From positions 70,452,181-70,516,180 of the forward strand of contig NC_057719.1 in NCBI RefSeq assembly GCF_004010195.1: a stretch of 64,000 nucleotides of DNA, given 5' to 3'. The notes beneath the pieces were generated by a model that saw only the letters and a program-made list of their open reading frames with translations, did no database searches and was not told the origin of the DNA. This document shows positions 26,163 through 40,319 of the stretch, piece by piece; position 1 is the stretch's first letter; each line of letters begins with the position of its first letter. The DNA comes from Chiloscyllium plagiosum (Eukaryota). The position numbers were made by a program, and so were the translations under genes.

Positions 26163-27449
26163 AAGACAGTCAGCAGGACCCATCTTTAAAATCAGACACC
26201 TCAAGAACTCAAAGAACTTTAAACTGTTACTGTTTTAACTTTGCAGTCTGCACAGATACACTCCCTCCTCTCTTCTCTATTTCTGAGGTAGTGTGCGCGA
26301 TGAAGAAAACAAAGATATCTGTTGTAATTGAGTAAGAGGAATTTGAAAACAGGGGAGGCCAATTCCTGCTTTTCATCTGGTCATAACACTTTGAATGCAT
26401 AGACCCGTTTACGGTAGGAACCATAGTTTGTACCTCGTTTACTCGGTTGGTTCCGAACCAAAATCAAAATTGTACTGAAGCTTAAGATAATTATTCAAAA
26501 CTTCAGGCTGTGTGAAGTTGTGCACTGTTGGCTCAGCAGTCTGTGGGCTGGCGTCAAACTGGCAGGCAGCCATTCCTAACACAGATTTTGGGAAAAACAC
26601 AAAAATGAGAGCTCAGGGAACTCTTTTGAATCATTTAAATTATACTCCCATCAGGTTTTACTTATCTTTTTTTAAGACTATCAACGCTCTTCCATAGAAT
26701 ATTCCCATATTATTGGTTTTAAATAGTGTGAGCTATTCTAAAGCCTTCATTAGTACTTGAAGGTCACAGCAGGTGCTAACAGTATTTGTTCTTGCAGGAT
26801 GATATGTAGACCTGTCAAATGTGCCTCGGATTTTCATCAAGGACCCACGGAGATTGCTTTTAATGCTTGGAAATGATTCAGCAAGCTGGCATTAACTACT
26901 GCATCAAGCCAAGGTTAACAAGCAAAATGTGCCAGGGATTCCTTCAGTGCCAAGGCAATATCACATTCTGTGAGGACTAATCCTCTTGCTTGTCAGCACC
27001 ATTTGTGGTCATTTTAATCTAGTTCAGCAGAGTTCAGGCACTCAGGCATCATTATCCTCAGTGGTCTGTTGAGATTTAATTGGCCACAAACTGGAAATGG
27101 AATTCCTGATACCACTTTGACTCTCGCTGGGACTTGCCCAGTAGCAAATCTATCTATTTTCAAAGGCTTATTTTTGTTAAAGTTGACTTCTTTGACTCAA
27201 CCCAATGCCATGATGGAGAAGAAAGTCAGCAACTGAAACTCTCAACCCATTCTCCCCACATGAAGGACAGTAGATGCAGACAGATCAATACCTGTCTGCA
27301 CTATTCTGAAATAGTAACGTAACCGACTGCTTTCTGTTGACATCTCTGGAATCAATGATCCTAAATTGCTTTTTGAGAAATTGAGTGACTTGGAACAAAG
27401 GGTGGTAACGACAACAACTCTGACTCTCATAGTAAAACACTTTTCACCA

Positions 27450-27856
27450 AGTCAGGAAGTTATGTTTTCATGTCACACTCCAGGACTTGAGCTCAGATGT
27501 TAAGGTTAGAAACTGTAGTGCAGTACTGAGAGTGTACTTCACTGTGAGTGATGCTATCTTCTGGATGAGATGTTCAATTAAGACCTCTCAGGTGATACAT
27601 TCCATGCCAGTATTTAACTAATGAGCAGGAGTGTTTTCTCCAGTATACTATTCAGCATCTACTTCACAATCAACATTGCAAAACATATTATCTGGCCATT
27701 ATATCACATTATTTGTGGGAGCTTAATGTGTGTAAATTGACTACTGTGTTTCCTATGATGTAATGATAAATACATTTCAAAACACTTATTTGGCTAAAAA
27801 GCACTTCAGACTATCTGTCAATCTTACCAGATATTATAGAGATGCGAATCTTCCTT
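27450..27856 (+). mobile_element. Deu-domain SINE (SacSINE1/AmnSINE-like)
   Basis: agtgcagtactgag...ggatgagatgtt...ttatctggccattat..tttgtgggagctt..gtgtaaattgact, typical of Deu SINEs. Confidence 0.75.
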
Positions 27857-28483
27857 TTCTTCCTCATCATCTTATGTTCTGACCTGTAATTCCATTTTCA
27901 GTTTAATGTTGAAGATACCTGAAGTTCGGGTATTGAAACCATGTGTTGGAACTACAAGTAAATTGTATGTGTTAAAATGTATTGAACTAGAATTTAGATA
28001 TGAATTGTTATTGAAAGAGAATCAATTGGACATTATATGCTCTTGAAGTACTACAAAATGAGTTACCCCAGCAGAGAGTGTCCATTATTTAGACACTTCA
28101 TGACATGTTGTTTCTAAATTATAGAACACACCCTCTATGATCTGGAGCTCTCACTGTCAAACGTGTTTCAAATGCAATCTGGAATTTTTAGAGACATATT
28201 TGGAGAATATCCTAATTTGCCTATTTTGATTCATGAATGTTTTCCATTTGTGTTGTACCCATAACTTTTCTTTGAGGACGTCTGTTTTAGTGTAGCCTAT
28301 GTTTAAGCTGAGAGGAGTGGTGAATTGGGATTTCAAAGTTCGTGTTTGTCTGTAATGCGCTGAAAATATGTGGACTTGCTGTAGGGTAAAAATTCACAGT
28401 CTTCATAAAATCCTGGTTTTATATCAGTTGAATTGCACTTGCCATACTTCTCATAACAAATCAACAGGAGAATCTCATAGTAA

Positions 28484-28746
28484 GACCATAAGACCATAAG
28501 ACATAGGAGTGGAAGTAAGGCCATTCGACCCATCGAGTCCACTCTGCCATTCAATCATGGCTGATGGGCATTTCAACTCCACTTACCTGCATTCTCCCCG
28601 TAGCCCTTAATTCCTTGTGACATCAAGAATTTATCAATTTCTGCCTTGAAGACATTTTGCGTCCTAGCCTCCACTGTACTCTGCGGCAATGAATTCCACA
28701 GGCTCACCACTCTCTAGCTGAAGAAATGTCTCCTCATTTCTGTTCT
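28484..28746 (-). mobile_element. CR1 3' end
   Basis: (accataag)n tail; minus strand reads 'FFS*RVVSLWNSLPQ'. Confidence 0.88.
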
Positions 28747-31193
28747 GAAGTGTTGACTTTTTAAACAAAATATTATATAGCAGGTCCGACTCCACTTAAT
28801 GAAGTGTAAGATAGCAAAAACAAAACACAAAAAAGACGTTTTACAGAAAAAGAATCCTCTTTGATAGTACTGCTGTGGTCACATAATAATCAAGTTCATT
28901 TAGCAAAGGAATTTTGGAATGATGATGAATAACAACTACTTTCTCAGTAACTTCTTATGTATTCACTCATTTATGCATTCACAGGATATTAGGTCTGCAT
29001 TTATTGTCCATCCCTAATTCCCCTTGATGGTGATCGTGAAACATACAGTTCCAGGTCAGGATGCAGCTGAAGAAGGTGTTTCCTTATATTTTACCACAAT
29101 TGTAGTGAAAATGTGCATGAACCATTTGCATAGAGGTTGCACCTTGTTGACCTGATGCAGATACATGCTGCTCAAACCTTTGGTGCACATACAGTCAGAG
29201 ATTGGACATTATTTTTCACAATAGTGGCAATTTCGTTTTTCTAATCTCATCATATTTGCTTAACTGATTTGCCATTGCATATGTCATTCAGTGGTTGGGA
29301 GAATTCCACCTTGTATGTTGGAGATGGAGGGGTAAATGTTGTGGATGGGTTACCACACTCGGTCAAATGTTATCTTGATGTCAAGGGTAGCTCTCATTTG
29401 TACTGCCCTCTGCTCACACCACATATCAATTCCTGACTCTGAACCTTCAAATACAAACGAAGGCTTTAGAATAGCTCATGTAGTATTTTCAACCAATAAT
29501 ATAGGAATTTTCCACAGAAGAGCATTGATATTCTAAAACAAACAGTAAAGCTTGGTGAAAGAAATCACTTTTTAAGACTTCCATGAGCTCTGACCTTTGT
29601 GCTTTTCCCAAAATCTGTGTTGGGATTTGCCAGTTTGAATTTGAGAAAAAATTAAAAAGTACAAACTTCCTGTGATAGCTGTTACTTCAAAGTTATTTGA
29701 CATCATAGAATTGACTCAGGTGCAAAGATACTGTGTGCCAAGTTCAAAAGCACAAAGTTATCAATATTCCAATTAACATACATTTCCCAACTCCCCACAG
29801 CTTTGCAGGAGCACTACATACAGTGAGGACATCACCAAGTTTGAGTCACAGGAGACGGACGTCCATGCTTTGGCTCAGTCCACCTATCCAAAGGAGACGA
29901 TTTTAAAGGCAGTTTTTTTTTTCTTTCAGTGGGCAATCAATTTAGTGAGTTCTTTGTTGATTGTTCATGGGGATCTTCAGCTGAAAACTGATAAAACTCA
30001 TTAGATCACACAACTGATAAATATAAATATTGAACTGCATATGCTTTGAAGGAATGCCCAAATGTGAAAAGAATATTTTCACATTTAAGTAGCTCAGCCA
30101 GTCATACAGCAAGAGCTTCACAGGAGTAAAGACCAACGAATGTGACAATGGTCAAAATTAATAGCCCGTTAGAACACTTCAAACAGTTAATTTCAATGGA
30201 AGGACAAGTACATGGACATCAGGATTTAAGCCAGTTTAACGTAAAATAAACTATAAGACCAAAAATGAGAGTCAGCATTTTAAATTCTGTTCTTTGACAA
30301 GTATAGAACAATAGAAACAGGTTTTATTTACCGGCTTTTATTGCTTTGAAAACAATGATATAGCCATTGTGAGAGAGAAGGAATATGTTACCAGTTCAAA
30401 AATACTTTTTTCTGCCAAGCCCTAAAATGTCAAAATACAGACCTTTTCAAGCAAATTTTAGCCTCAGTAAATAAAGGGTTTCAGAAATGGAGTTTACAGG
30501 CGTCAGAGACTATCAGTAGCAGTGCACATCTGGCCTTATTAAAAGGCTCCTCATGTTCAGTATCCTCTTGGGACTGCAGATTCCAGCTTTAATACAAAGA
30601 AAGAATGCTACATGATGCAAAAGTTTTTGATTTTATTTTGGCTCCCCGAGGTGAGTTTTTAAACGATCAAAGCTTTTATAGTTTCCTTTGAGATCAATGG
30701 ATACGCAACTATGAAATCGTCTTGTCATCAAAGTGAGCTCCTTTTTTTTAAACCAGGATCTGTAGATCCCCGTGTATGCCAAATAATAGAAAAGTACACA
30801 ACAGTTGAAGTTTAAATAATATGGTGGAGTCTAAATTAAATGATGTAGTCAAGCTTTACAGGGACAAAACAGCCTTCTATTTCACATCTCACTTTCACAT
30901 CGACTGAAATCCTGTCAATTACTCCCCATCAAGTTTAGATTGTGCATGCAGTAACATTGTAACAAGGATAACCTCTGCAGACTCACAGTAATTGCATCAA
31001 CAAAAAACTAATTAATACTCACTGAACATTATTTGATTTATCTGCACATGTTGGTAGGTTTGTCATGATCAAATTCAGTTTATGTTAGAGGGACAGAGAA
31101 AAGGAAGAAATCTTCTTCTTTCTAATGACCTTAGAGGAAGGTGATTTCAGAAATTCTGGCTAAGTCTGTTGTAGAATGGAAATATCATGGAAG

Positions 31194-31826
31194 GATGTAG
31201 TTTTCCCCCTGCCTGGAGATGCCGGGAATAAGAAATAATTGGGCAAGTTAGCCTTGGAGGAAAATACATCCCCTTCTTGCCACCTCACTAATTAGACTCT
31301 AGCAAGAAAGTCCCACACAATCTGACACCAAGTAATGCGCCTAAGTGGTCAGTTAGTGACTATTTAAAGACTTCAACTAATTATCTTCCTCATGGAAAAG
31401 AGAGTTGGTTAATTTCCTGACTGGGAAACAATGGAGATCTGCTTGCTAACCTCTGATTGCTCCATTCTGGGGCCAATCGGAATCACAGATTGTGGACAGT
31501 GGAGTCGTGACTTTGCCTTTGCTTCTGAACCTGTTCCTTCACACAACATCCCCTCCTTGCCCCATCTCATCAGAAGAGTATAAAAAGTGATTACATTCTC
31601 GTCATTGGTCCTCCTGAGGGAAAGGCCTGTACTGGTGAATTTCAGGAGCCAGAATCTGTTGGCCTATGCCTGTTTGTATTAAGGCATATGATTCACAGAG
31701 AAACCTGTTCATGCTTACCTGACGGCACTCAATTCAACAAATTTTCCTGTCATTGGGGTTGACATATTAAACTGTTATCCAACATATCTGCCTCCACATT
31801 TGCAAACAAAAAGGGAAAATTCCACC
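31194..31826. mobile_element. Putative Harbinger-type MITE
   Basis: Imperfect TIRs gatgtagttttccc / gggaaaattccacc (11 of 14 match). Confidence 0.35.
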
Positions 31827-33544
31827 TTTCTACTGCCACCGTGTTCCAAATCCTTGTCTTGCGAGCTATCATTTCATTTTATCTTATTCCCATACTCATT
31901 ACTAGACATCTAGCAGATTTGGAAGGGAGAGGAGAGTATGATAAAAAAAAAAACTTACTGATCATTTTTCTTGCTGGAACTGAAAATCACTTTTAAGTTA
32001 AGAATAAAAGCCAAAATTTTCAAAAATAAGCACGGGAGACTCAAATAGACTATTCAAACTGAACTTAGTCACTTAGCAACATTGAGAAGTCCACAGGCAT
32101 GCATTGGAAAAAGAGTTTAGCAAATTAATGCCAAAGTAGTTTTAATGATTCAAGATTACATGAGTAATATTTAATGCAATAAATGTTAATTTTTTTCATG
32201 TATTCAGGTTGGTAAGTGAGAATCAAAAACTGCTGAGTAAGATAGTGCTCATTGTATGGAATATAATAGATCTAATGAGGAAAATATTTTCACATACAAT
32301 ACTTCCTGATTTATAATGAGGCTGTGTTTTTAAAAATTAGTTTGTGGGATGCTGGTATTACTGACTGGGCAGAAAATGACAAATAACATTTGTGCCATAC
32401 ATGAAAGGCTGCATGTTATCTAAGTCTTGCTGCATTCGAGGATGTAGTTAAACTTTATTCCCCCAGATGCTGGTGCTTTCATCACTATAGAACGTAATGA
32501 TCTTGCAATTTGTTTTTCATTTTTTAAATGTATGTATGGTTCTTTTATGCACCTCCTGCCTTGCAATGTTTCATGCCAGTTTCTCCAAAACATTTTAGCC
32601 TTCCTAAGGTACCTGTCAAGTCATCACTGCACTATTTGCATATTGTCAAAACAAACACCCATGGCTGACAGTTTTCTGGTGTCCTGCTCATACACTTTGG
32701 GTCTGAGAGTGATCTACCCCATCAGGAGGGCACTGCAGCTATCCATATTGAGGAACACCTCAGCCAGAAGAATTTGAAGATATTGGTGCATAGATTTCTG
32801 AGATTCGAAAATACTGTTCAAAGCTTATTATTTTTCTGTGTGCAGGTAAATCCCATTTACTCCTTGTGACTCCTCATAAGGTCTCATAATTACATTAGAA
32901 TTTGAATATCCCACAAGCAAAAGCCAGGCTCAGACCTTCTCAGGAGCAAGTTTAACATTCCCAGTGAGCACAGTCTTGCAACTATTAACATAGAGAGGGA
33001 GCAACACTACAGCATGAAGCAAAGGAAGCTCAGGCAGGACTTGTTGCAACAGGCATCTCTGAAATTTTATCTTCTGTGTAACACAGCTTGACACCACAGT
33101 CTTAACTCTACTACCTCACATTTTAAATAATGAACAATTTCTTCAGATCATCCTATCACATGACAACACATTAGCTTTCTTTGTACTTAAGTGACAGTCT
33201 CATTAATCATCACCTCAGTGAATAGGTCAACTCCAAATGAATGCACCCTTTCCTGTATGCCTCTAATCTGCATCAGTAAGACAATGCTTGTTGAAAACTT
33301 GCTCTTTCACATTGCACTTCTTCTCTATGTCTCCTTATCTCTCATTAAAAATCTGTCCTTCTAAGTGCCAGGTTGACAGCCAGGCTGAGGTTGGCAGTTG
33401 TGCTCTTTTGAAAGCTCAGGGTAGGTCTTGTTTCATGACCCCTTTGTTCCCCTGCTGCACTGGTGTATATATAATAGCAGGGAGCAGGGCTTAGTCAAAA
33501 GGAGGATGAGGATGTGCTTCTGTCCTAAAATATCATTCAGCCTT

Positions 33545-33725
33545 AGGGGCCTGTTACCTGGTTTGACTGGATACCTTGTCTGCAATGCAAAGTTACAGCA
33601 ACACCATGGTGTCAGTTCCTGTACTAGCTAAGGTCACCATGAAGGTTCCACCTTCTCAGCCTTTCCTCTCACCTGAGGCATAGTGAGCCTCAGATTAAAC
33701 TCATCATCAATTTTTCTCTCTCTCT
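33545..33725 (+). mobile_element. tRNA-derived SINE-like repeat
   Basis: tRNA-like head (ggtgtcagttcc box-B-like) and (ct)n end; interrupts the flanking sequence. Confidence 0.45.
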
Positions 33726-33859
33726 CGCATCTTTGATATCCATATGCTAGCAACCAAATAAGAGGGCATTATCCATTGCAGTTTACTTTTCCATGACCAT
33801 TAATGTGAATGTAATCTCAATATGTCCAACCTTCTACCCTTTGTTCATGATATATCCTC

Positions 33860-34810
33860 TCTTTAGTCTCCTGCAGATAACAGCAGCATCGAAATGCCTA
33901 CTAAGAAGGCAGCCCTGCAAGATATCTCCTCCTCCACCTCAGAGGAAGGAGCCACAAATTCTTCAGAGGATGCACTGACAAGTCTATCTCCTGCATCCCC
34001 TGCCAGCTCAGAGACTGATACCTCGGTGGGTATTTTAGTTAGATTAAATGTGAGCATATCACTGCCACATCTCCACAGCTTATCAAGGGAGAAACACTCA
34101 GAGGACTGCCAGAGATCAGGCACTTGCTGTGCTCCAGTCAGGAGAGAAGAGTGTTGTTGGGAATTCAGAACTTCATAGAAACACATAAGCATACACAGGA
34201 GCAGCAGGCAAATTTGTCAGCAGCACAGGGCAAAGTGACACAAAGTTGGCAGAACTGCACCAATACTGTTGGCACCATGCAGCCTCTGGATGCATGCATC
34301 TGACCTGCCTCCTGAGACAGATTGGTAGTTGCCGTGGAGAGTCAGTGCCTGCTGGATCAAAACACAGACCTGCACTCTATCTCGCAAACCATTGATGCTC
34401 AGCGTCTCAATGGCAAGGCAACAGGGCAACAAAGCTGTTATTCCAAGTGTCACTGCCTCATGAAGAGACAGGGTGATATCAGCAGATAACCAGGCAGAGA
34501 AGCAATCCCACAACAGAACCCCAAGAGGACACTCTAGAGGTAAACAGAAGTTCTACCAGGGTGCTGCCTGCCACCTGCTGTCCTGTGGGAGGAGATCCAA
34601 GGAGGGTGCATTTGCCCCTTAGCAGGAAACACTCAGCATGTCTGGGCCTTCTAGTCACAAATGCTCCTGGGATCTTCTGATCATAACTCCAAGGCCAACA
34701 GCCTCTATTGTGGAACAGGATTCCTCCAGCCAAGCTGTGCGCCCTGGGACTACACCAACGTGCAGTAAGGGAAAAAGAAGACCATCTTCTGAGGGCACGT
34801 AAGTGGCATG
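33860..34810 (+). mobile_element. Possible decayed Harbinger accessory-gene exon(s)
   Basis: Acceptor-like ctcctgcag followed by S/E/T-rich 'SSSTSEEGATNSSEDALTSLSPASPASSETDTSVG', then frameshifted GC-richer sequence; assignment is inference. Confidence 0.35.
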
Positions 34811-35579
34811 TGTAACTTCATGGTACAAACGTTCTCACATATGTAAGTATAAAGTCATCTATTCATCATCTGCTGTGAGAGCAGATATGTCGTATTGCAG
34901 CAACAGGAAAAGAGGTACAAACCTAGCCATTGTTAGGGCTACATGAGGTTCTATTGTCCAAGGTGTGAACAGACCAGCTCATGCACTATGTACAGATTAT
35001 GGGAATGTGGAAAGTGATTGCTCCTTTTGCGATCAGGGTGAATCTTTTCAAGGCACAATACTTTGCTTATGCACCACAGCCATTGGTTTAATTGATTCCA
35101 GATGCTGCATGATGTGGTCAAGCATGCTCGGGCCAGGATTTGTACTGCACACTGTAGGTCAACGCTAAATGTTCACATCCAGCAGATAGTGCTGACAGAT
35201 ACCTATACAGTACAGCTGAAAGGTATGTGGGTAATGCTATTGCCCTTCACAAAGCTCAAAACTGAAAATCCTCCTCCCCGCATAGAACAAACCATTTTTC
35301 CAGCCCATTCTAGTTGTGATGGCAGCTCTCCCTATCAAACCAAACAATAATGTTACGTAGTGTGATATTCTACTGGGGTTTCCATTAATTGGCTTTTGTC
35401 AATCTTCAGTCAGATGATCACTGCAGCCATTTTAGGTTTAGGAAAAGTCTTAGATTGGACAATCAGATGATGGGAGTTAGAAATGATTGTCTATGCTTGC
35501 TACTATTGTAAAATGATGAAAGAGGCGAGCACAGCTTCTCTCTTATCTGACTGCAGTTGCTGAACAATACATGCATTAG

Positions 35580-35826
35580 GCCATATGATACAGGAGCAGA
35601 ATTAGGCCATTTGGCCCATTGGGTCTGCTCCACCATTCGATCATGGCTGACATCTTTCCCAACCCCATTCTCCTGCCTTCTCCCCATCACCTGATATCCT
35701 GTTATTAACCAAGTACCTATTCATCTCTGTCTTAAAGAAACCCAATGACTTGGCTTCCACAGCCTTCTGCAGCAAAGAGTTCCATGTATTCGCCACTCTC
35801 TGGCTGAAGAAATCCCTCCCCCTCCT
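35580..35826 (-). mobile_element. CR1 3' end
   Basis: 'FFSQRVANTWNSLLQKAVEA' in ORF 35641..35829. Confidence 0.88.
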
Positions 35827-36285
35827 CATGCTGATCTATTCTTTTTTTAAAAAAGGGAGATACAGAGGATTCTGGGCAGTTGAGCTTCTGAATTGGGTTT
35901 TAGGCCGATGACGATCTTTATGAATATCTCCAGGAAACCTGTACTGGCTACAGACAAGTGCACATTTATCATTTTAGAAAGGAGCAAAGGCAAGTGAATA
36001 CATTCAAAGCCAATTAGATTTATCGAAAAACTCCATATTTTTAAAAGTAAAACTTTTACATTTGATCATATATATTAAACAAGTAATAGTGTGAAATTAC
36101 GAACATATTACAAAAGCATTTTGTTTCATGTTTAAATAGGAAAATATTCAAAGACATCGACTTAAGGAATAATGGGGAGTGGTAAACAATTTTCTTGGAC
36201 ACAGTGACTTTCAAAGGCAGGTCTTAAAAGAGAGGAGAGGCAGCTACTATCAATATGATGCAAAACATTATTATGCAGTAAGAGA

Positions 36286-36612
36286 GATTAGATTAGATTA
36301 GATTAGATTACTTACAGTGTGGAAACAGGCCCTTCGGCCCAACAAGTCCACACCGACCCGCCGAAGCGCAACCCACCCATACCCCTACATTTACCCCTTT
36401 AACCTAACACTACGGGCAATTTAGCATGGCCAATTCACCTGACCCGCACATCTTTGTGACTGTGGGAGGAAACCGGAGCACCCGGAGGAAACCCACGCAG
36501 ACACGGGGAGAATGTGCAAACTCCACACAGTCAGTCGCCTGAGTCGGGAATTGAACCCGGGTCTCTGGCGCTGTGAGGCAGCAGTGCTAACCACTGTGCC
36601 ACCGTGCCGCCC
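36286..36612 (-). mobile_element. Young full-length HE1-type V-SINE
   Basis: Minus strand GGGCGGCACGGTGGCACAGTGGTTAGC (box A)...GGTTCAATTCC (box B), V-domain, (TAATC)n tail; CpGs intact. Confidence 0.95.
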
Positions 36613-37489
36613 CTTGAGTTGGTATTTCTAAAAGGACTTCAGTACTACTGCATCTTTTCTAAGTACTTCCTCCTTAAAATATAATATGGAATTGATTTCT
36701 TAGAAAACTATAAAATATGTAGGTACTTTTAAGGTCAATTGAAAGAGATTTCTACATGCAACAATCTTCCCTTCGATTTTTCCACAATCCAGTCTAACAT
36801 AACAATTTAAAATATTAAATTATGAACCATTACAAACAAGTTAGCTTCATCTGGGGACATATTACACTTCAAACCCACACTAAACAATGTAATACTGAAA
36901 TAAAGGTTTAATAGTTCTGATTTCTTTCATGGGGCTTTCTCAGTCGCGGTAAATTTACAGGAAACAAATTATTCACAATTCACATTAATTAACAATCAGA
37001 ATGATTCAAAATGCTGAAAAAGATTATTAGAAAAGAAAGAACTTAATGTCTGACCTAAAACAGCACGTAATAGTCAGCATAGTCTTTGCAGCGCACAACA
37101 CATCTAAATATTTGATGCTGAAGAAATGAATTTAGCTTTCTTACATATTAGCTTTTCTATTCCAATTAAATTATTCATAGCCTTGCAGTCTCGTTTGTTC
37201 TTTATCATATTAACTGCTGGATTTCCTCCCTCAACTTTTCATTATCACCCACTGAATTTGCCATCTGTCCTCTTGCAGTAGGTTTCAGTCACTCATGGAA
37301 AGTGCTTTCACTTTTTGTTTAATCAGTTATTCAACAAAATAACAGTTTAAGTAACAGGAGCGATATCGTCTTCTTGTCAAAAATTCTCGATATAATCTGA
37401 TCGTCTACGCATACAAATTCTATTGCAATCCACCTGATTGCCATTGGTTAATGGATGAGAGTGTTCCTGGCATGTATGTTACTCCCCAC

Positions 37490-37745
37490 AGATCCTACAG
37501 TGATAGGATTAAAAGAAGACATCTCTTCACCAATTACGATAAACTCTGGTGACAGCCACAGACTCAAGTGAAAGGGCTGTGGAATCTCAGCCATCAAGCA
37601 ATTTCAAGACTGAAGAATAAATTGATTTCTGATACAAATGGTATCAAGGGATGTGGGAATATTGCAGAGCAATGGTGTTGAGATAGATGATAAGCCATCA
37701 TCTGGAATGGTGGAGTAGACAGGACAGGCTGAATCTCCTGCTTCG
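37490..37745 (+). mobile_element. Old CR1 3' end
   Basis: Degenerate 3' region (ttcaagactga...ggtatcaaggga...gccatcatct..gaatggtggag). Confidence 0.6.
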
Positions 37746-39728
37746 ATGAAATGTATTTAGCAACAATTACACATCATTAAACAACATCATTTGATGTATG
37801 ATTATAAAAATATAAACTCAATAAGGAAGTCATTCAGTCTATTATGCATATGCTGGCTTTTTAAAGGGCTACCAATTAGTTCCTCTTAAGTGGTCTTGCC
37901 CCATAGCTTTCCAAATCCTTTTGTTTAAAGTGCACATCACATTATGTTTTTAGAAAAATTGTCTATGAATCTGCATTTGCCACAATTTTATACAGAGCTC
38001 GCTTCATTAAAAAGTTCTCAACTATCCCCGGGTCTTCTGCCAGTTGTCTTAATTCTGTGATCTTTGGTCACCGTCCCTCCTGACAAAGATGCCTATTCAT
38101 TTTAACAAATCTCTTCTTTATTTTGAAAATCTCTATTAAATGTGCTCATAACCTTCTACACTCTAAGCAGAAAATTCCCAGCTCATTCAATCTCTCCACA
38201 TAAATAAAATACCTCATCCTTGACTGAACTCCAACAAATTGTCTTCCACCCACTCCAACTATCGCATGCAATGTAATGGCTAATAGTATTTCAAATTGTA
38301 CATGGTAATGTAAAAGTTACAGCATTATAATTATGATATGGTGGATCTAGTTTGAAAGCCAGAGTTTTTGAATGAATAAATCCTTCTGATGGAAGCACAA
38401 GTCTTAAAAAGCATTTAGGAGTACAGGTATATATAATGTTATTTCCTCCATACAACACCTGCAAACCATCTTTCTTTAATTGCCTTCCAGATAATCCAAT
38501 GAAATTTGCAATTTTAGTTCTCTCAATTCTGTTTGAAACGTTTCCTGGCATACAATTAATAAGCAAATTATTTTAAAAATTCTCGTGACATACCCGGCAT
38601 TATTCTTGTACCTGGGTAGTTTATTTGAGTTTTCTAGGTGCAACTGACATGTATAGGACAAGTCTCCATCTCACTATTCATGCAAGATCCAACTCTGTTG
38701 GATAAGGTTCTTTTTCATCTGCTCCAATATCTCCTGATGTGCTCTAGCACATCAAATTTTGTTTTGATAACTGCTTTGAAGCAATTTGCAACATGTGACT
38801 ATGTTGAAAGAATATACATAAATGCAAGTGATCATTGGGAGCAGGTACAAAATTAAGTTTTCCAAATATCCACCATTGCTTGTAGAATCCTGCAATTTTC
38901 TTCCCAGAAGAATCACATATTGTGGGTAGTGTGGCTTAGGGTTTTCCAAGACATGTTAGCAGCAGAAAAAAGGTATGCAGTCCCAGAAAGCTTTTTGTGT
39001 GAAAAACTATGCGTTTTCTCCCTGGCATGTGATCTGTAGCATTTCCTGAATCATTTTCCAGCTCTCACCAACAGTGGAGGCAAGATTAGATTTATTTGAA
39101 AATGTCAGACAGTTCATTTCTGACTTGTTCAGCTGATCCAATTTGCTTCATTCCGTTTGTATTTCACTGGACGGAGAGAGATTTATTGCTGGTGCATTTC
39201 ACATCATATTGAAAGCAGAAAGAATGGCAATACTGCTTTGAGAATGAATCGATAGGTTTACAGGCAAAGTGTGTTCAATATCCCCCAGAAGCAAACAATG
39301 TACAACATAATCCACTGTAATATTTGGTTTGGTAATAGAAGTGGAATTGTCTTCTGTTTAAAATTGTTGTTTATTTGCTGAAAAAGATAATGCGCAAAGA
39401 TGGGGTGGGAAGAAAGAGCAGGAAGAAGAAAATAGAAACAGAATAGGTAATTCAGAATCTCCTAGTACTGTTTGTAGAATTTTCCCAGATGACCACTTCT
39501 AGTACCTTGTTGTGATTGCCATCTCAAACAGTAAAACTAGGTAAGGGTTGCTTGATTTAGTTCATTGCCACAATCCACCTTTGTCTCGAGAAGGAGATGG
39601 ATACTTAGCTGAAGCAAAACAATTTGCAGAGCTGTAGAGAAATGATTGAGGATTAGGTGAGCTGCCCTTCCAGAGAATTGACATGGACACAACAGATCTC
39701 CCCTCTGTGCTTTAGCTATTTAATGACT

Positions 39729-40265
39729 TAGAACATAGAACATGACAGCACAGTACAGGCCTTTCAGCCGTCAATGCTGTGCCAACTTTTTATCCTATTC
39801 TAATATCAAACTAAGCTACATACCCTTCTTTTTTACTATCATCCATGTGTCTATCCAAGCATCGCTTAAATGCCCCTAATGTATCTGACTCTACTACCAC
39901 CACTGGCTGTGCATTCCATACACCCACCTCTCTCTGTGTGAAGAATCTACCTCTGACATGTCCCCTAAAAATTAAACCCCCTTGTGTTAGCCATTTCTGC
40001 CCTGGGAAAGTCTCTGACTATTCATTATATCTATCTATCAAGTCACTGCTCATCCTTCTTCACTCCAATGAGAAGAGCCTAGCTGCCTCAACCTTTCTTC
40101 ATAATATATGCCCTCCAGTCCAGGCAACATCCTGGTAAATCTCCTGTGTACTCTCTCTAAAGCTTCCAATCCTTCCTGCAATGAAGCGACCGGAACTGAA
40201 CACAATATTTCAAGTGTAATCTAACCAGGGTTCTATAACGCTGCAGTATAACTTTGCAGCTCTTA
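39729..40265 (-). mobile_element. CR1 3' portion
   Basis: (agaacat)n tail; minus strand reads 'RFFTQREVGVWNAQP'. Confidence 0.88.
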
Positions 40266-40319
40266 TGTCAATAATTATTGCCTTGTGTCAATAAATTTTT
40301 CTGAACATTTCTTTTAAGT

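Noticed and set aside
36530..36612. tRNA gene
   Set aside because: It is the tRNA-derived head of an HE1 SINE, continuous with the V-domain and tail.
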